In this document: one piece after another, positions 62,800 through 64,000 of the stretch
How the letters are laid out: every line of letters starts with the position of its first letter
Numbering within the stretch: the first letter of the stretch is position 1
From: Camelus dromedarius
Lineage: Eukaryota
Length of the DNA stretch: 64,000 bases
Direction of reading: 5' to 3'
Assembly: GCF_036321535.1 (NCBI RefSeq)
Contig: NC_087437.1
Coordinates: forward strand, 3,658,001-3,722,000
Notes under the pieces: model-generated
The model's database searches: none
What the model was told of the DNA's origin: nothing
Seen by the model: only the letters and a program-made list of their open reading frames with translations
Position numbers and translations under genes: made by a program

Positions 62800-64000
62800 A
62801 ACAAAAGGATAGGCACATTTATTTCGTATGAATCATACTCTGAACCTAAAATGCAGACAGCAAAAGACTGACGTGCACTTAACATGTTTTTCAAGTCTTT
62901 GTAACAGAGAAGAAAACTCATTACAAAATGTACATACGAGACCCCACGGTCACTAAAGATAAAGTCGAGACAATGGCTTCCATGTACATTTGACTACTGA
63001 GCCTTAAAGAATAAAGCAGAATAAACTGCAGACACCTCAGGTCCTACTACTAAAGAGCTTCAGTACCAAGGACCCAAAGAAGAGCCATCTTCCCAACTGT
63101 TAATGACAGCACTTCAGTGCTAACACTGCAGTGTAACACTAGTGATGACAACCAGAGTGCTTCATCCTGACAGGCTGACAAATGAAGAATTATAAAGCAC
63201 AAAGCTCACTAACTTCAAGAAGAATTAAACATTAAGAACCTGAGACTCATTTCTGTTTCAGAGAGAAATATTCAACAGGAAAACTGATTTCAAATTTTGA
63301 ATTTCTGGCCCAAATTTGCCGCATACTCAACACCGACGACCTGTACCTCACCAAGCTACTGTAACCACTGTCGGCACACCAGGGCCAGCCCGCGCCTCCC
63401 CGGTGCGCCCGCTGAAACACGGAGACTGGACAGACAGACAGAAGGGAGCAGAGGGCAGGCTCGGGGCATGGCTGCCGCCTCGGCCAGGTTGCTGCACACA
63501 GGCGAGTAGCAGGGCCGCAGTCCTCCACGCGTCCTCCGGCTCCCGAACCGTCTGTTCAGGCTGTGGCTTTTCTACTCTTTACGTACAGCATCCTATACCT
63601 CCTAAGAAAGGTTCTTTAAAATACACAAAAAAAGATATTAAAAATAGTAAAATTCAGATATTCAGATGAGAGACTTGGATTTATATTTAGGGGATGACAA
63701 AATGATATCTGACAAAGTATGTAATTATATTTAACTCTAAAATTAGGCATAACACATTAATAAAACTTCCTATAAATTTCAGCCCAACAGTCTTAAATAT
63801 TTTTGATTCTATGCCTAAGTGTCAGTTACAGACATGGCTGCCCTACTACCTAAATGCCACTCGATAGCCTTGTAGTAATTCTGCTGAACCAAAGACTCAT
63901 ACTGAAAAAACAAAAGAGACAAAAAAAGGCAACCATTTACACTTACTAAGAAAAGCAAACATTTACTTCAAATTGCAGTATAGGCTTTTCAATCACAAAA
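62800..64000 (-). other. ATP2C1: Probable distal 3'UTR of ATP2C1, with AATAAA at 62823-62818
   Basis: Synteny (ATP2C1 lies tail-to-tail with ASTE1 in mammals), apparently repeat-free UTR-like sequence and a canonical minus-strand polyA signal; no ATP2C1 constitutive coding exon is visible. Confidence 0.45.

Overview
Mammalian genomic DNA, most likely a camelid (three vic-1-like tRNA-derived SINEs). The window covers the NEK11 / ASTE1 / ATP2C1 neighbourhood. A CpG-island bidirectional promoter (~42.1-43.3 kb) drives NEK11 leftward (- strand). Only the first NEK11 coding exon (40399-40568) is visible, and everything to its left appears to be one repeat-rich intron. ASTE1 runs rightward (+ strand) and is complete: four coding exons give 678 aa, and splice phases check out. 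The right end is probably the ATP2C1 3'UTR (- strand, inferred from synteny). Main observations: (1) two inverted copies (9.35-12.49 kb and 21.9-24.5 kb) of a composite L1-derived element with a 5'UTR and ORF1 but no sense ORF2. Both share the same chimeric antisense-L1 tail junctions, as expected of a half-L1/HAL1-like non-autonomous family. They also share two near-perfect identity tracts that suggest gene conversion, and one copy's target-site duplication brackets a captured old L1 3' end. (2) A 57-bp triplication in the promoter that triples an RFX X-box. (3) The antisense ATP2C1 alternative-terminal-exon frame inside ASTE1 exon 5, with the human stop lost. (4) Two uORFs in ASTE1 5'UTR exon 2. 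Repeat family names and human comparisons come from recall, not database searches.
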